Below, piece after piece: positions 10,213 through 18,710 of a stretch of 43,566 nucleotides of DNA. The notes below the pieces were generated by a model, which had not been told where the DNA came from, did no database searches, and was given only the letters and a program-made list of their open reading frames with translations. Source of the stretch: a virus (Duplodnaviria > Caudoviricetes); IMG/VR virus record IMGVR_UViG_3300024309_000002, positions 1 through 43,566 of that record. One strand, given 5' to 3'. Position 1 is the first letter of the stretch, and every line of letters begins with the position of its first letter. The position numbers and the translations under genes are program-made.

Positions 10213-10940
10213 TCGGACACCTCGACCACGTTGCCATCGGCGTCGAGCGAGTACCACGTGTCGGGCTTGATCCCGTCTTGGCCGACGATGACGGCCTTGG
10301 CGTGGATGATCCGCCCGTAGCCTTCGCCCCACTCGCCACTCTCGTCGCGGTAGACAAGGAACAACGCGGAACCTTCAATTCCTTGCGCTTTGCCCCGGAC
10401 GCCCGTGGCCGATGCCGCGCTATAGCGGCCCGTGGCCGATGCCGCGCCCCGGACGCCCGTGGCCGATGCCGCGCCCTGGTCGCCCGTGGCCGATGCCGCG
10501 CCCTGGTCGCCCGTGGCCGATGCCGCGCCCTGGTAGCCCGTGGCCGATGCCGCGCCCCGGACGCCCGTGGCCGATGCCGGGGAGTTGGGATCAACCGGCT
10601 TGGCCCGGCTGAACGTGTATTCGACGGCAGCCTTAATCAGACCAGCCAGCCCGATCTCGGCTTTGATCTTGATCTTGCGGCTGGCAACCTTGGTATCGCC
10701 GCCTGTTTCACGCGAGAGATCGCCCGACTGCTCGACGACCGCGAAGCGAGAGGCACCCGGCGCGTAGTAGCCGAACACGTCGAGCGGGTATTCGCAGGCG
10801 TGAAAGCCGTTGCCGCACGCTTCGATCTTGCCTTCGGCCTCGTAGGTTTTGCCGATCTCGTACTGAAAGCGGCGGCACGTCAGGTCTTGGTGAAAGCCCT
10901 TGAACGTGGTGATGGTCTGCTCTTTATTGGTCTTTGCCAT
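10209..10940 (-). CDS. Conserved phage protein (DUF7666-like) with ASATG repeats
   Basis: FKGF..DLTCR.FQYEIG...C.NGFHAC..PLDV..YY N-terminal domain, 7 nonapeptide repeats, C-terminal IKPDTWY.L. Confidence 0.8.
   Translation of the reverse strand: MAKTNKEQTITTFKGFHQDLTCRRFQYEIGKTYEAEGKIEACGNGFHACEYPLDVFGYYAPGASRFAVVEQSGDLSRETGGDTKVASRKIKIKAEIGLAGLIKAAVEYTFSRAKPVDPNSPASATGVRGAASATGYQGAASATGDQGAASATGDQGAASATGVRGAASATGRYSAASATGVRGKAQGIEGSALFLVYRDESGEWGEGYGRIIHAKAVIVGQDGIKPDTWYSLDADGNVVEVSE
10402..10579. repeat. Seven in-frame 27-bp tandem repeats (core CCCGTGGCCGATGCCG) encoding ASATGxxGA
   Basis: Core copies at 10402, 10429, 10456, 10483, 10510, 10537 and 10564. Confidence 0.93.
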
Positions 10941-10949
10941 GTCTGGCTC

Positions 10950-11132
10950 CTAGTGGATGGTGATGGGCTTGATGAGGATGGCGAACGGCTGCGTGCTCTC
11001 GCCATCGGGGCAGGCGCAGTTCAAGGCGCGCTCCTCGGCCTCGGCACGGGTGCCTTCACAGACGAACTCGTGGAAGGCGGACGGGGTGTGGACGCGCACG
11101 AGAAAGCGCTCGGGGGTGTTGGACGTGTTCAT
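10950..11132 (-). CDS. Small hypothetical protein, 60 aa
   Basis: MNTSNTPERF...; ATGA overlap with the upstream gene. Confidence 0.5.
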   Translation of the reverse strand: MNTSNTPERFLVRVHTPSAFHEFVCEGTRAEAEERALNCACPDGESTQPFAILIKPITIH

Positions 11133-11818
11133 GCGAATTCCCCTACGCGCGGCGAAACCCACTCGGGGATGTCGGCGCTGTTGTAGACACCTTCGGCGGG
11201 TGAGCGGCGGGGCGAGATGAGCGCAACGAAGTGCGGGAACTCACGCGCCACCACGAGCACCGGCTGCGTCTCATCCGCGTGATACAGAAAGGCGTAGTCC
11301 TTCGGGTCTTTAACGCCGCCGAGCAGGCCGATGGCCTTGTAAGCGTCCATCGTGAAGCGGGGGTCGAGCGTGACGCCCGCCGCGTGCTCGCCGTACTTGA
11401 GCACCGACTGCGAGTTGCCGAATAGGCGCTTGTAGTCGGGCCAGCGCCCATCGACGCTGATGGTTTCCAGCGTCAGGCCGTTGGGCTGGCGGATCGACAC
11501 CTTCCACGTCTCGGCCCCGTTCGGTTCGAGCGTGACAGTCAGCCCGTCAACGTCGCGCGCACCGATCTTGATGCGGCGCAGTGCATCTTCCGGCACCAGA
11601 ACCTGCGTGCCTGCGGGAACCTGGGGCGCACCTTCCTCGTACGGCAGGTAGGTTTGCAGCGCGTGCAGGCGTTGGCCGTCCGTCGCAACGAGGTTGAGGA
11701 ACCCGTTGGGGGCGAACTCGAACATCACGGTGTTCAGGTAGAAGCGAATATCTTTCTTCGGGGCAGCCAGCAGCACAGCTTGCAGTTCGGACGCGCGGAT
11801 CGTGAATGTGTAGGACAT
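11129..11818 (-). CDS. Truncated DNA polymerase III beta-clamp-like protein, about 229 aa
   Basis: DIRFYLN.V, LVATDG.RL and DGRWPDY match the DnaN central-domain motifs; SD GAGGAG. Confidence 0.75.
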   Translation of the reverse strand: MSYTFTIRASELQAVLLAAPKKDIRFYLNTVMFEFAPNGFLNLVATDGQRLHALQTYLPYEEGAPQVPAGTQVLVPEDALRRIKIGARDVDGLTVTLEPNGAETWKVSIRQPNGLTLETISVDGRWPDYKRLFGNSQSVLKYGEHAAGVTLDPRFTMDAYKAIGLLGGVKDPKDYAFLYHADETQPVLVVAREFPHFVALISPRRSPAEGVYNSADIPEWVSPRVGEFA

Positions 11819-11866
11819 GGTTTCTCCTCGCCCCCCCCCCATTCGGAGGGGGCTTGCATTTAAGGG

Positions 11867-12790
11867 TTAGGCGAGGATGGCGTCGGCCACGGGAGAGGCG
11901 ACGCCGGTTTTGATCTGCTTCATGCCCTCGGCAAGCTGCCAGAGCGCACGGTTCAGGTTGACGTTTTCAGCGATGCCCTTGACGGCGCGCGTGGTCTGGC
12001 GACGGCCATTGGCGCTGACGCTGCCCAGGCCGCCCTTGATGACGTTCTCCTGGATGCGGTTGAAGGTCATCCAGAGATCGCGGGTGTTGTCGTCGTGGCG
12101 ACGCGGACGCAGCACTTGCTCGGTCGAGACGGGGTATCCGCCCTTGTGTTCGAGGTAGCGGTTTTCTTCGTTCGGCTCGCCGTACTTGGCGACGATGGCG
12201 GCGCGGGCGAGCACTTGCTGCTCGGCGTCGGACAGCGTGATGGCCTTCATCTCGTCGCGCGATTCGATGATCTGCGCGAAGCCATCGACCACGGTGAACG
12301 CGCCCTCGATCACGTCGTTCACGATGTCGCCCTTGTGATGGACGTTGATCTGCTGCGAGATCGAGGACGGCACGCACAGACCGTTGCTGCACACGAGGCG
12401 GTACATGCCGGTGGACAGTTGGTAGCCGCTGGTGCCGTCGTGCGAGTTGACCAGCACGATCTCGGGGTACTCGTCGCCGACGAAGTTGGCAACGTCCTGG
12501 ATGCGACGCAGACGCAGCATGTGGCGGGTGAACTCGGCCTTGCCGGGGATGCGGGTGCGCCCTTGCGTCGCGTTCACGACCTCGAAGCCTTCGCGGCGCA
12601 GGCCGTTGAGCACGTCGATGGTGGGGATGAAGGTGTAGCGGTCGCTGCGCGAGTCGTGCTTGCCTTCGGCAAAGACGCTCGGGGCGACGCGGTGGATTTG
12701 CTCGTCGGTCAGGGCGACGGGCATACGGACGTTCGCGTTACGACGCGCGCCGATGGTGAAATTGTGCAGTTGGCTGTAGGCTTGGTTCAT
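11867..12790 (-). CDS. DUF932/DUF945 family protein
   Basis: APSVFA...HDSRSDRY..IPT, NSHDG.S, R.VC.NG and LW..FNR.QEN..KGG motifs; first gene of the leftward early operon. Confidence 0.85.
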   Translation of the reverse strand: MNQAYSQLHNFTIGARRNANVRMPVALTDEQIHRVAPSVFAEGKHDSRSDRYTFIPTIDVLNGLRREGFEVVNATQGRTRIPGKAEFTRHMLRLRRIQDVANFVGDEYPEIVLVNSHDGTSGYQLSTGMYRLVCSNGLCVPSSISQQINVHHKGDIVNDVIEGAFTVVDGFAQIIESRDEMKAITLSDAEQQVLARAAIVAKYGEPNEENRYLEHKGGYPVSTEQVLRPRRHDDNTRDLWMTFNRIQENVIKGGLGSVSANGRRQTTRAVKGIAENVNLNRALWQLAEGMKQIKTGVASPVADAILA

Positions 12791-12835
12791 TTTTCGCTCC
12801 GGTGAGAGTCATCGCGTAAGTGCGATGGAGCGAAT

Positions 12836-12920
12836 TACACCATACGGTGTATCTGGTGTAAACACCTTTTGGTGTAATCAAGCCTACTTTTACAAACTGT
12901 TTCATCTCACCGAATGGTGA
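12836..12920. promoter_or_regulatory. Three palindromic operators (CACC-N4-GGTG) upstream of the leftward early operon
   Basis: TACACCatacGGTGTA (12836-12851), AACACCttttGGTGTA (12861-12876), TCACCgaatGGTGA (12907-12920). Confidence 0.8.
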
Positions 12921-12929
12921 ATACGCAAC

Positions 12930-12955
12930 AAAAAGCCCGCCTCAATGGGCGGGCT
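12930..12955 (-). terminator. Intrinsic terminator of the repressor transcript
   Basis: Minus strand reads AGCCCGCC-cattga-GGCGGGCT followed by TTTT. Confidence 0.75.
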
Positions 12956-12976
12956 GTGTTATGCAGCGGGGATTGT

Positions 12977-13165
12977 CTAGGTCTTTTTGCGCGCGAACCA
13001 GTGCCACGCGCACCAGCCAACACCAGCAAGAACCAATATCGAGCCGAAGGCGGCCTCACCACTTCCGAACCATTTGCCGGGGGTGGCCGCGATGCTGAAC
13101 AGGACGGCGGCCACGACAACAGCCATGATCCCTTGCATCACTCGTCTTTCACGTTGCTTGTTCAT
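12977..13165 (-). CDS. Small two-TM membrane protein, candidate superinfection-exclusion factor
   Basis: Two hydrophobic segments, SD AGGAGG, between the repressor gene and its terminator. Confidence 0.6.
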   Translation of the reverse strand: MNKQRERRVMQGIMAVVVAAVLFSIAATPGKWFGSGEAAFGSILVLAGVGWCAWHWFARKKT

Positions 13166-13241
13166 GTTGTCGTCCTCCTGTTGGTAGTGCGATCACCGAG
13201 ACATGGTATCCCTCGACCACACCAGTTTCAAGGGCCGCTCT

Positions 13242-13613
13242 TTATGCGACGCGGCTTTTTATAGGGGGCGCGGCCCCGGCGATGAAGCCCGACACCATAG
13301 AGTCGAGTTGTTCTTTCTTGCTCTGTGGCAGCGCCACGTAATCATCGTAGGGCGCGCGAAACGGCCACGCCGGGCGGGCCTGCTGTACGGGCGTTGCACC
13401 TTCGCCGGGGGACACCAGCGCGATGCGCTGGCCGGTGGCTGCGGCCCATGAATTTTCCATATCGCGCGCTACCTTTTCTCCGAACGATTTGCGCCCCGCC
13501 AGCATGTCGCCGATCTGGCGATCTGGTTTACCTGTTCGTTTTGCGACTACGGCTTGACCATATTTATCAACAAGGTCTTGCAAAGCCTGCCGCCGGATTT
13601 CGGGTGTGCTCAT
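13242..13613 (-). CDS. Putative prophage repressor (CI-type HTH, no S24 peptidase domain)
   Basis: RRQAL..L...GQ..VA.......I..ML.G.KSFGEKVAR..E HTH pattern; divergent position next to operators. Confidence 0.7.
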   Translation of the reverse strand: MSTPEIRRQALQDLVDKYGQAVVAKRTGKPDRQIGDMLAGRKSFGEKVARDMENSWAAATGQRIALVSPGEGATPVQQARPAWPFRAPYDDYVALPQSKKEQLDSMVSGFIAGAAPPIKSRVA

Positions 13614-13631
13614 TGTTGGATTTCAACACAT

Positions 13632-13688
13632 ATTCACCATTAGGTGAATCCCTACCTTTTGCCTAATATACACCAAATGGTGTATTCT
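13632..13688. promoter_or_regulatory. Two operators and a rightward promoter between the divergent regulators
   Basis: ATTCACCattaGGTGAAT (13632-13649) and ATACACCaaatGGTGTAT (13668-13685); the second overlaps the spacer and -10 of TTGCCT (13659-13664)-N18-TATTCT (13683-13688). Confidence 0.75.
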
Positions 13689-13713
13689 CTCGGCAGATTC
13701 CGAGGACACCACA

Positions 13714-13947
13714 ATGAACCGACACACCATTTTCAGCACCCGTCGCAAGAACCTTCGCATCCTGATCGACACGCAATTTGCGGGCAATCAGACCGAGTTT
13801 GCGCGGGCGATCAACAGCCTGCCCGCTGTGGTGAACCGCTGGCTCACCGAGCACGCACGCGACCGGCGCAATATCAGCGAGCGTACGGTCTGGAAGATCG
13901 AAGAAACCTGCAACCTCACTCCGGGGTGGATGGACACAGCACGATGA
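13714..13947 (+). CDS. HTH regulator in the Cro position, 77 aa
   Basis: RRKNLR.LI...GNQ.EFA..I...RNISER...KIE....L..GWMD HTH pattern; SD GAGGA. Confidence 0.75.
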   Translation: MNRHTIFSTRRKNLRILIDTQFAGNQTEFARAINSLPAVVNRWLTEHARDRRNISERTVWKIEETCNLTPGWMDTAR

Positions 13948-16169
13948 ATCAAGGCGCGACCCCCCAGGAGTGGGCGCACTTTGATCTAGTGCTTGGTCTT
14001 GGCAACGACTTGCTGCCTGTCGTCTCCAATCTCGAAGCGCGGATCGCCCCCAACTCCAAGCTAAAAGCCCTCGGCAAAACGCCGAGCCAATACAACGACG
14101 CGCACCACGTCGTCGGCATCGCCGACTGGCCGAACCACATTGCCAGCGACCTGAATCTCACGCGCTGGCAGCGCGAGCCGGACTATGGCCTGTGTGTCAT
14201 CACCCGGCGCGTGCGGGCCTTCGACATCGACATCCACGACCACGACCACGCGCAAGCGGTGGTTGCGACGATCACGCAGCACCTGGGCGTCACGCCCCCG
14301 TGCCGCTGGCGGGAGAACTCCGGCAAGGTGCTGCTCGCCGTGATGATCGAGGGCGACATGCCCAAGCGCAAGATCGTGGTTGAGGGCGGCATGATCGAGT
14401 TCCTCGCCACGGGCCAGCAGTTCATCGCCGCAGGCACGCACACGAGCGGCGTGCGCTACCGCTGGCGCACGGGCGAGGTTGATGGCTTGCCCGAGGACAT
14501 CCCCACGGTGACGACCGAGCAGTTCGAGTCGTTATGGGCGGTGCTGGTCGAGCGCTACGCCATCGAGACACCACGCCAGCGCGGCCACGGCGCGCGCAAG
14601 CACGAGGCCCACATTGATCTACCCGATCCGGTGGCCGACTACCTGGACGCGAACGGCCACGTCATCGGCGTGGATCGCAGCGGCGCGCTGCTCATTACCT
14701 GCCCGTGGTCTGCCGAACACACGCAGGGCGAGGACGGCGACGGCTCGACGGTGTGGTTCATGGCCGGGACGAACGGCTATGATCGCGGCCACTTCCGGTG
14801 CCTGCACGGGCATTGCGAGGATCGACACGACGGCGATCTGTTCGCCGCCATCGGCTACCAGCCGAACCACGAGGCCGACTTCGCCATGATCGAGGCCGAC
14901 GAGATCGACGAGGACGGCCAGCCGCCGCGCCCGGTGGATGCACTCGCCGCGCTCGGGTTGCGGCGCAAGGTAGGCAAGGGGCAATGGGCGGGCTGGTTCG
15001 TCGCCACGGCAGAGAACCTTGTCGCCGCGCTGCGCCTCGCGCACGTGGCCGGTTTCGAGGTGCGCTTCGATGTGTTCCGCGACGAGATCATGCGCCGCCA
15101 GCCTGGGGGTGAGTGGCAGCCGTTCAAGGATGCCGACTACACCCGGTTGAAGCTGGCGCTCGAAGGCGCGCACTTCGAGCCTATCCCGTTCGAGTTGCTC
15201 AAGGCGTGCGTGCGGTTGGTGGCCGATGAGCAGATGTTCGACAGCGCGCAGGATGCCGTCGCCCGGCTGCGGTGGGACGGCGTGCCGCGTATCGAGTCGT
15301 TCTATTCGCGCTACTTCAAGGCCGCCGACACCCCGTACACGCAGGCGTGCGGCCTGTACACCTGGACGGCGATGGCTGGCCGGGTGCTCAACCCCGGCTG
15401 CAAAGCGGACATGGTGCCGATCCTGGTGGGGCCGCAAGGCTTACGCAAGAGCACGGCGGTCGAGGTCATGGCGCTCAATCCCGAGTGGCACGGCTCGCTG
15501 TCACTGTCCGGCAAGGACGCCGACCTATCCCGGCAGATGCGCGGCAAGGCCGTGATCGAGTTGCCCGAGTTGCGCGGGCTTCGTACGCGGGAGTTGGAAG
15601 CGATCAAGGCGTTCATCACCGAGGGCAGCAACGCATGGGTTGCCAAGTACCAGGAGTTCGAGACGAAGTACCCCCGGCGCTGTCTGTTCATCGGTACGAC
15701 CAACGAGCAGGAGTTTCTCGACGACGACACCGGCAACCGGCGCTGGCTGCCGATCACGGTGGGCCTGATCGACACCGACGCGCTGGCTGCCGATTGCGCG
15801 CAGCTTTGGGCCGAAGGCGTCGAGCGGTTCAAAGCGGGCGGCGTGCAGTACGCACAGGCCGAATCGCTGGCGACGGCGGAACACGCGGCGCACACGATTT
15901 CGGACGAGTGGGAAGAACCAATACGCAATTTTTTGCAGACTCCTGACGAGTTATCAGGCGAGAAACCAGAAGATCGCGGTTTCATCACGAGTTCGCAAAT
16001 TTTTGCACACGCGCTGTTTATTACAGTTGAACGCACGGATACGCGCACGGCGAAGCGGCTGGCGCGCGCAATGCGCGCGTTGGGATGGGAAAAGGACGAC
16101 AGGCGCAAGAATACGGTAGGACGCGGCTGGCGTCGTGTGACACATGATGACACATGCGAGTTTTGCTAG
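13944..16169 (+). CDS. Primase-polymerase fused to a VapE-type helicase, about 741 aa
   Basis: N-terminal DIDI prim-pol motif, CP...H...C.H.HC zinc site, Walker A GPQGLRKST, FIGTTN...LDDDTGNRRW; start MNQGATP overlaps the upstream stop. Confidence 0.88.
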   Translation: MNQGATPQEWAHFDLVLGLGNDLLPVVSNLEARIAPNSKLKALGKTPSQYNDAHHVVGIADWPNHIASDLNLTRWQREPDYGLCVITRRVRAFDIDIHDHDHAQAVVATITQHLGVTPPCRWRENSGKVLLAVMIEGDMPKRKIVVEGGMIEFLATGQQFIAAGTHTSGVRYRWRTGEVDGLPEDIPTVTTEQFESLWAVLVERYAIETPRQRGHGARKHEAHIDLPDPVADYLDANGHVIGVDRSGALLITCPWSAEHTQGEDGDGSTVWFMAGTNGYDRGHFRCLHGHCEDRHDGDLFAAIGYQPNHEADFAMIEADEIDEDGQPPRPVDALAALGLRRKVGKGQWAGWFVATAENLVAALRLAHVAGFEVRFDVFRDEIMRRQPGGEWQPFKDADYTRLKLALEGAHFEPIPFELLKACVRLVADEQMFDSAQDAVARLRWDGVPRIESFYSRYFKAADTPYTQACGLYTWTAMAGRVLNPGCKADMVPILVGPQGLRKSTAVEVMALNPEWHGSLSLSGKDADLSRQMRGKAVIELPELRGLRTRELEAIKAFITEGSNAWVAKYQEFETKYPRRCLFIGTTNEQEFLDDDTGNRRWLPITVGLIDTDALAADCAQLWAEGVERFKAGGVQYAQAESLATAEHAAHTISDEWEEPIRNFLQTPDELSGEKPEDRGFITSSQIFAHALFITVERTDTRTAKRLARAMRALGWEKDDRRKNTVGRGWRRVTHDDTCEFC

Positions 16170-16326
16170 TGTCCTTTGCTAACCCCTTATTTCTTGCTGC
16201 TTTGGACACATAGGACACATAGGACACATAAAAATGAAGGTATTACACGCCTGTATTATTGTGTGCCGTCAGGGAAAACAGAAGGAATTTTGGTGTCCCA
16301 TGTGCCTTATGCGTCCTAAGTGTCCC
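16139..16326. repeat. Iteron-like repeats in an AT-rich gap; putative replication origin
   Basis: GGACACATA x3 (16204-16230), further GACACAT copies at 16139 and 16149, and four degenerate inverted 9-mers (about ATGTGTCCT) at 16291-16326. Confidence 0.55.
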
Positions 16327-16372
16327 GGCAAGATAGCCACAAATGAATGAGTAATTTTTTGCGAGTAAGCAC

Positions 16373-16648
16373 ATGACTACAACCAACATACACGGACGCC
16401 GCATCGGCGAAGATCACCCTCGGGCAACTCTGACCGACCAGGATGTCGCCCTGATATTCGCCATGCTCGACGAGCGCGACGCCGCCCTCGAACGGTGGAA
16501 GGGCGAAGGGATGGACGCTTGGCAGATCGACAACGCCTTGACGCTCACGGGCCTGTCCTACCGGCTCATTGCGGACAAGTTCAACATCGACAAGAGCACG
16601 GTTTTTAAGATAGCCAGCGGCGCGCGTCGCAGCCAGACGACGGAATAA
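16373..16648 (+). CDS. Small HTH DNA-binding protein, candidate late-gene activator
   Basis: GEDHPRATLT..DV motif and C-terminal GLSYRLIADKFNIDKSTVFKI HTH; immediately upstream of the first late-promoter motif. Confidence 0.65.
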   Translation: MTTTNIHGRRIGEDHPRATLTDQDVALIFAMLDERDAALERWKGEGMDAWQIDNALTLTGLSYRLIADKFNIDKSTVFKIASGARRSQTTE

Positions 16649-16673
16649 CAACCGAGTGGCCGTGTGCCACGTA

Positions 16674-16710
16674 CCCCGTGGCCTTATATCGCGCGCGCGA
16701 GGGTTCAAAT
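16674..16710 (+). promoter_or_regulatory. Putative late promoter element 1 (upstream of terS)
   Basis: CCCCGTGGCCTT followed 19 nt later by TCAAAT (weakest -10 match of the five). Confidence 0.55.
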
Positions 16711-16716
16711 GGTGAT

Positions 16717-17139
16717 ATGACGATCACCAACGACAACCGAGAACAGCGACAAGGCATCTTCCTTCGCGCCCTCGCGCAAGGCGAGACAATGGCGCGCGCG
16801 CTGGCCCAGGCGGGCATCGCCTCGCGGCAGACCATCAACGCATGGCGCGAGAAGGACGCCGACTTCGCCGCCGCCTACACCGAGGCGATGGAAAACGCCG
16901 CCGACCTACTCGAAAGCGAAGCCCGCCGACGCGCCGTGGATGGTGTGGAAGAACCACTGCACTACCAGGGGCAAATCTTCGCGCATGTACGCCGGTACAG
17001 CGATCCGCTGCTGCTGGCCCTGCTCAAAGCCACGCGCCCCGAGAAGTTCAAGGACCGCGTTGAACACTCCGGCAGTGTCGAAGTGAATCTGGCCGAGCGG
17101 CTCGCTCGTGGCCGTGCGCGCACGGGTTCAGGCCAATGA
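16717..17139 (+). CDS. terS: Terminase small subunit
   Basis: HTH...W...D.DF...A.LLE.EARRRAVDGV..P...YSD.LL..LLK..RPEKF signature; directly precedes terL. Confidence 0.85.
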   Translation: MTITNDNREQRQGIFLRALAQGETMARALAQAGIASRQTINAWREKDADFAAAYTEAMENAADLLESEARRRAVDGVEEPLHYQGQIFAHVRRYSDPLLLALLKATRPEKFKDRVEHSGSVEVNLAERLARGRARTGSGQ

Positions 17140-18701
17140 CCAACGCCGACATGCAACTCGCCGACGAGATCGCGCGGTTCTACGCCGACCCGCTCGGCTT
17201 CGTCATGTTCGCCTATGAGTGGGACACCGACCCGGCGCTGCAAGTGTGCAAGCTGCCGGAACCCTGGTGCTTCATCTACGACTGCGAATTCGGCCCCGAC
17301 GTGTGGGCTTGCGAGTTGCTCGACACCATCGGCCAGCAGGTACGCGGCAACGCCTTCGACGGCCTGCACGCAGTGCGTGCCATCCGCGAAGCGGTTGCCA
17401 GCGGCCACGGTATCGGCAAGTCGGCCATCACAGCGTGGCTTGTTGACTGGATCATGAGCACCCGGCCCTACGCACGCGGCACAGTCACGGCCACGACCCT
17501 GCCGCAGCTTGAGAGCAAGACCTGGGCCGAGATCGCCAAGTGGACAAAGAAGTGCATCACGGGCCACTGGTTCGACGTGACCACGGGCCGCAACTCCATG
17601 AGGATGTCGGCCAAGAGCGACCCCGAGGCGTGGTTCTGCACGGCGCAAACCTGCCGCGAGGAGAACAGCGAAGCCTTCGCCGGGCAGCACGCCGCCAACT
17701 CCACCAGCTTCTACATCTTCGACGAAGCCTCGGGCGTGCCGGACGTGGTGTGGGAGGTGGCCGAAGGCGGCCTGACGGACGGCGAGCCTATGTTCTTCGC
17801 GTTCGGCAACCCGACGCAGAACAGCGGCAAGTTCTACGACTGCTTCAACGCCCAACGCCATCGTTGGGGGACACGCCAGATCGACAGCCGCGCGGTGCAG
17901 ATTAGCAACAAGGAAACGATCAACGAGTGGATCGCCGACTACGGCGAGAACAGCGACTTCGTGAAGGTGCGCGTGCGCGGCATGTTCCCGGCGATGTCGG
18001 CCAAGCAGTTCATCAGCGTGACCGATGCCGATGCCGCCCTGGGCAAACACCTTCGCCACGAGCAGTACGCTTTCGCGCCCAAGATTCTGACATGCGATCC
18101 AGCCTGGGAAGGCGACGACGAACTCGTGATCGGCCTGCGGCAAGGGCTGCGCTTTGACGTGCTGCGGACGATCCCCAAGAACGACAACGACGTGCAGATC
18201 GCTACGCTGCTCGCCAGCCTTGAGGACGAGCACGCCGCCGATGGCGTCATCATCGACTTCGGCTACGGCACCGGCATTTACAGCGCCGGGCAGACGATGG
18301 GCCGCGACTGGCTGCTCGCGGACTTCGGCAGCAAATCGCCAGACGCCGGGTGCTTGAATCTGCGCGCGTTCATGTGGCGCGAGATGCGCGACTGGCTCAA
18401 GGCCGGTGGCGCGATCCCGGACGATAAGGTGCTGTACGCCGATCTCATCGCGCCGCAGACCGTGCCACGTGCAGACGGCGTGATCCAGCTTGAAGCGAAG
18501 AAAGACATGAAGCGGCGCAACCTGCCGTCGCCCAACCGGGCCGACGCGCTCGCGCTGTCCTTCGCGTTCCCAATCAGCCGAAAACAACACGTCCACGTCA
18601 ACCGACAAGACACGATCCGGGGCCACGATCCGTACGAGGCCGTCTCACCCCGTGGCCTTGACGAGCAACCGACCGAACACAATCCCTACGCAAACCTGTA
18701 G
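17136..18701 (+). CDS. terL: Terminase large subunit
   Basis: Walker A SGHGIGKS, Walker B YIFDEA, GNPT, nuclease D.A..G.D and SPNRADALAL. Confidence 0.95.
   Translation: MTNADMQLADEIARFYADPLGFVMFAYEWDTDPALQVCKLPEPWCFIYDCEFGPDVWACELLDTIGQQVRGNAFDGLHAVRAIREAVASGHGIGKSAITAWLVDWIMSTRPYARGTVTATTLPQLESKTWAEIAKWTKKCITGHWFDVTTGRNSMRMSAKSDPEAWFCTAQTCREENSEAFAGQHAANSTSFYIFDEASGVPDVVWEVAEGGLTDGEPMFFAFGNPTQNSGKFYDCFNAQRHRWGTRQIDSRAVQISNKETINEWIADYGENSDFVKVRVRGMFPAMSAKQFISVTDADAALGKHLRHEQYAFAPKILTCDPAWEGDDELVIGLRQGLRFDVLRTIPKNDNDVQIATLLASLEDEHAADGVIIDFGYGTGIYSAGQTMGRDWLLADFGSKSPDAGCLNLRAFMWREMRDWLKAGGAIPDDKVLYADLIAPQTVPRADGVIQLEAKKDMKRRNLPSPNRADALALSFAFPISRKQHVHVNRQDTIRGHDPYEAVSPRGLDEQPTEHNPYANL
18648..18683 (+). 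promoter_or_regulatory. Putative late promoter element 2 (inside the terL 3' end)
   Basis: CCCCGTGGCCTT-N18-CACAAT. Confidence 0.6.
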
Positions 18702-18710
18702 GAGTCTGCT

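Noticed and set aside
10402-10579. 27-bp repeats as a CRISPR array or a second DGR target
   Set aside because: In-frame coding repeats with only a few variable bases, no similarity to TR and no adenine-specific pattern
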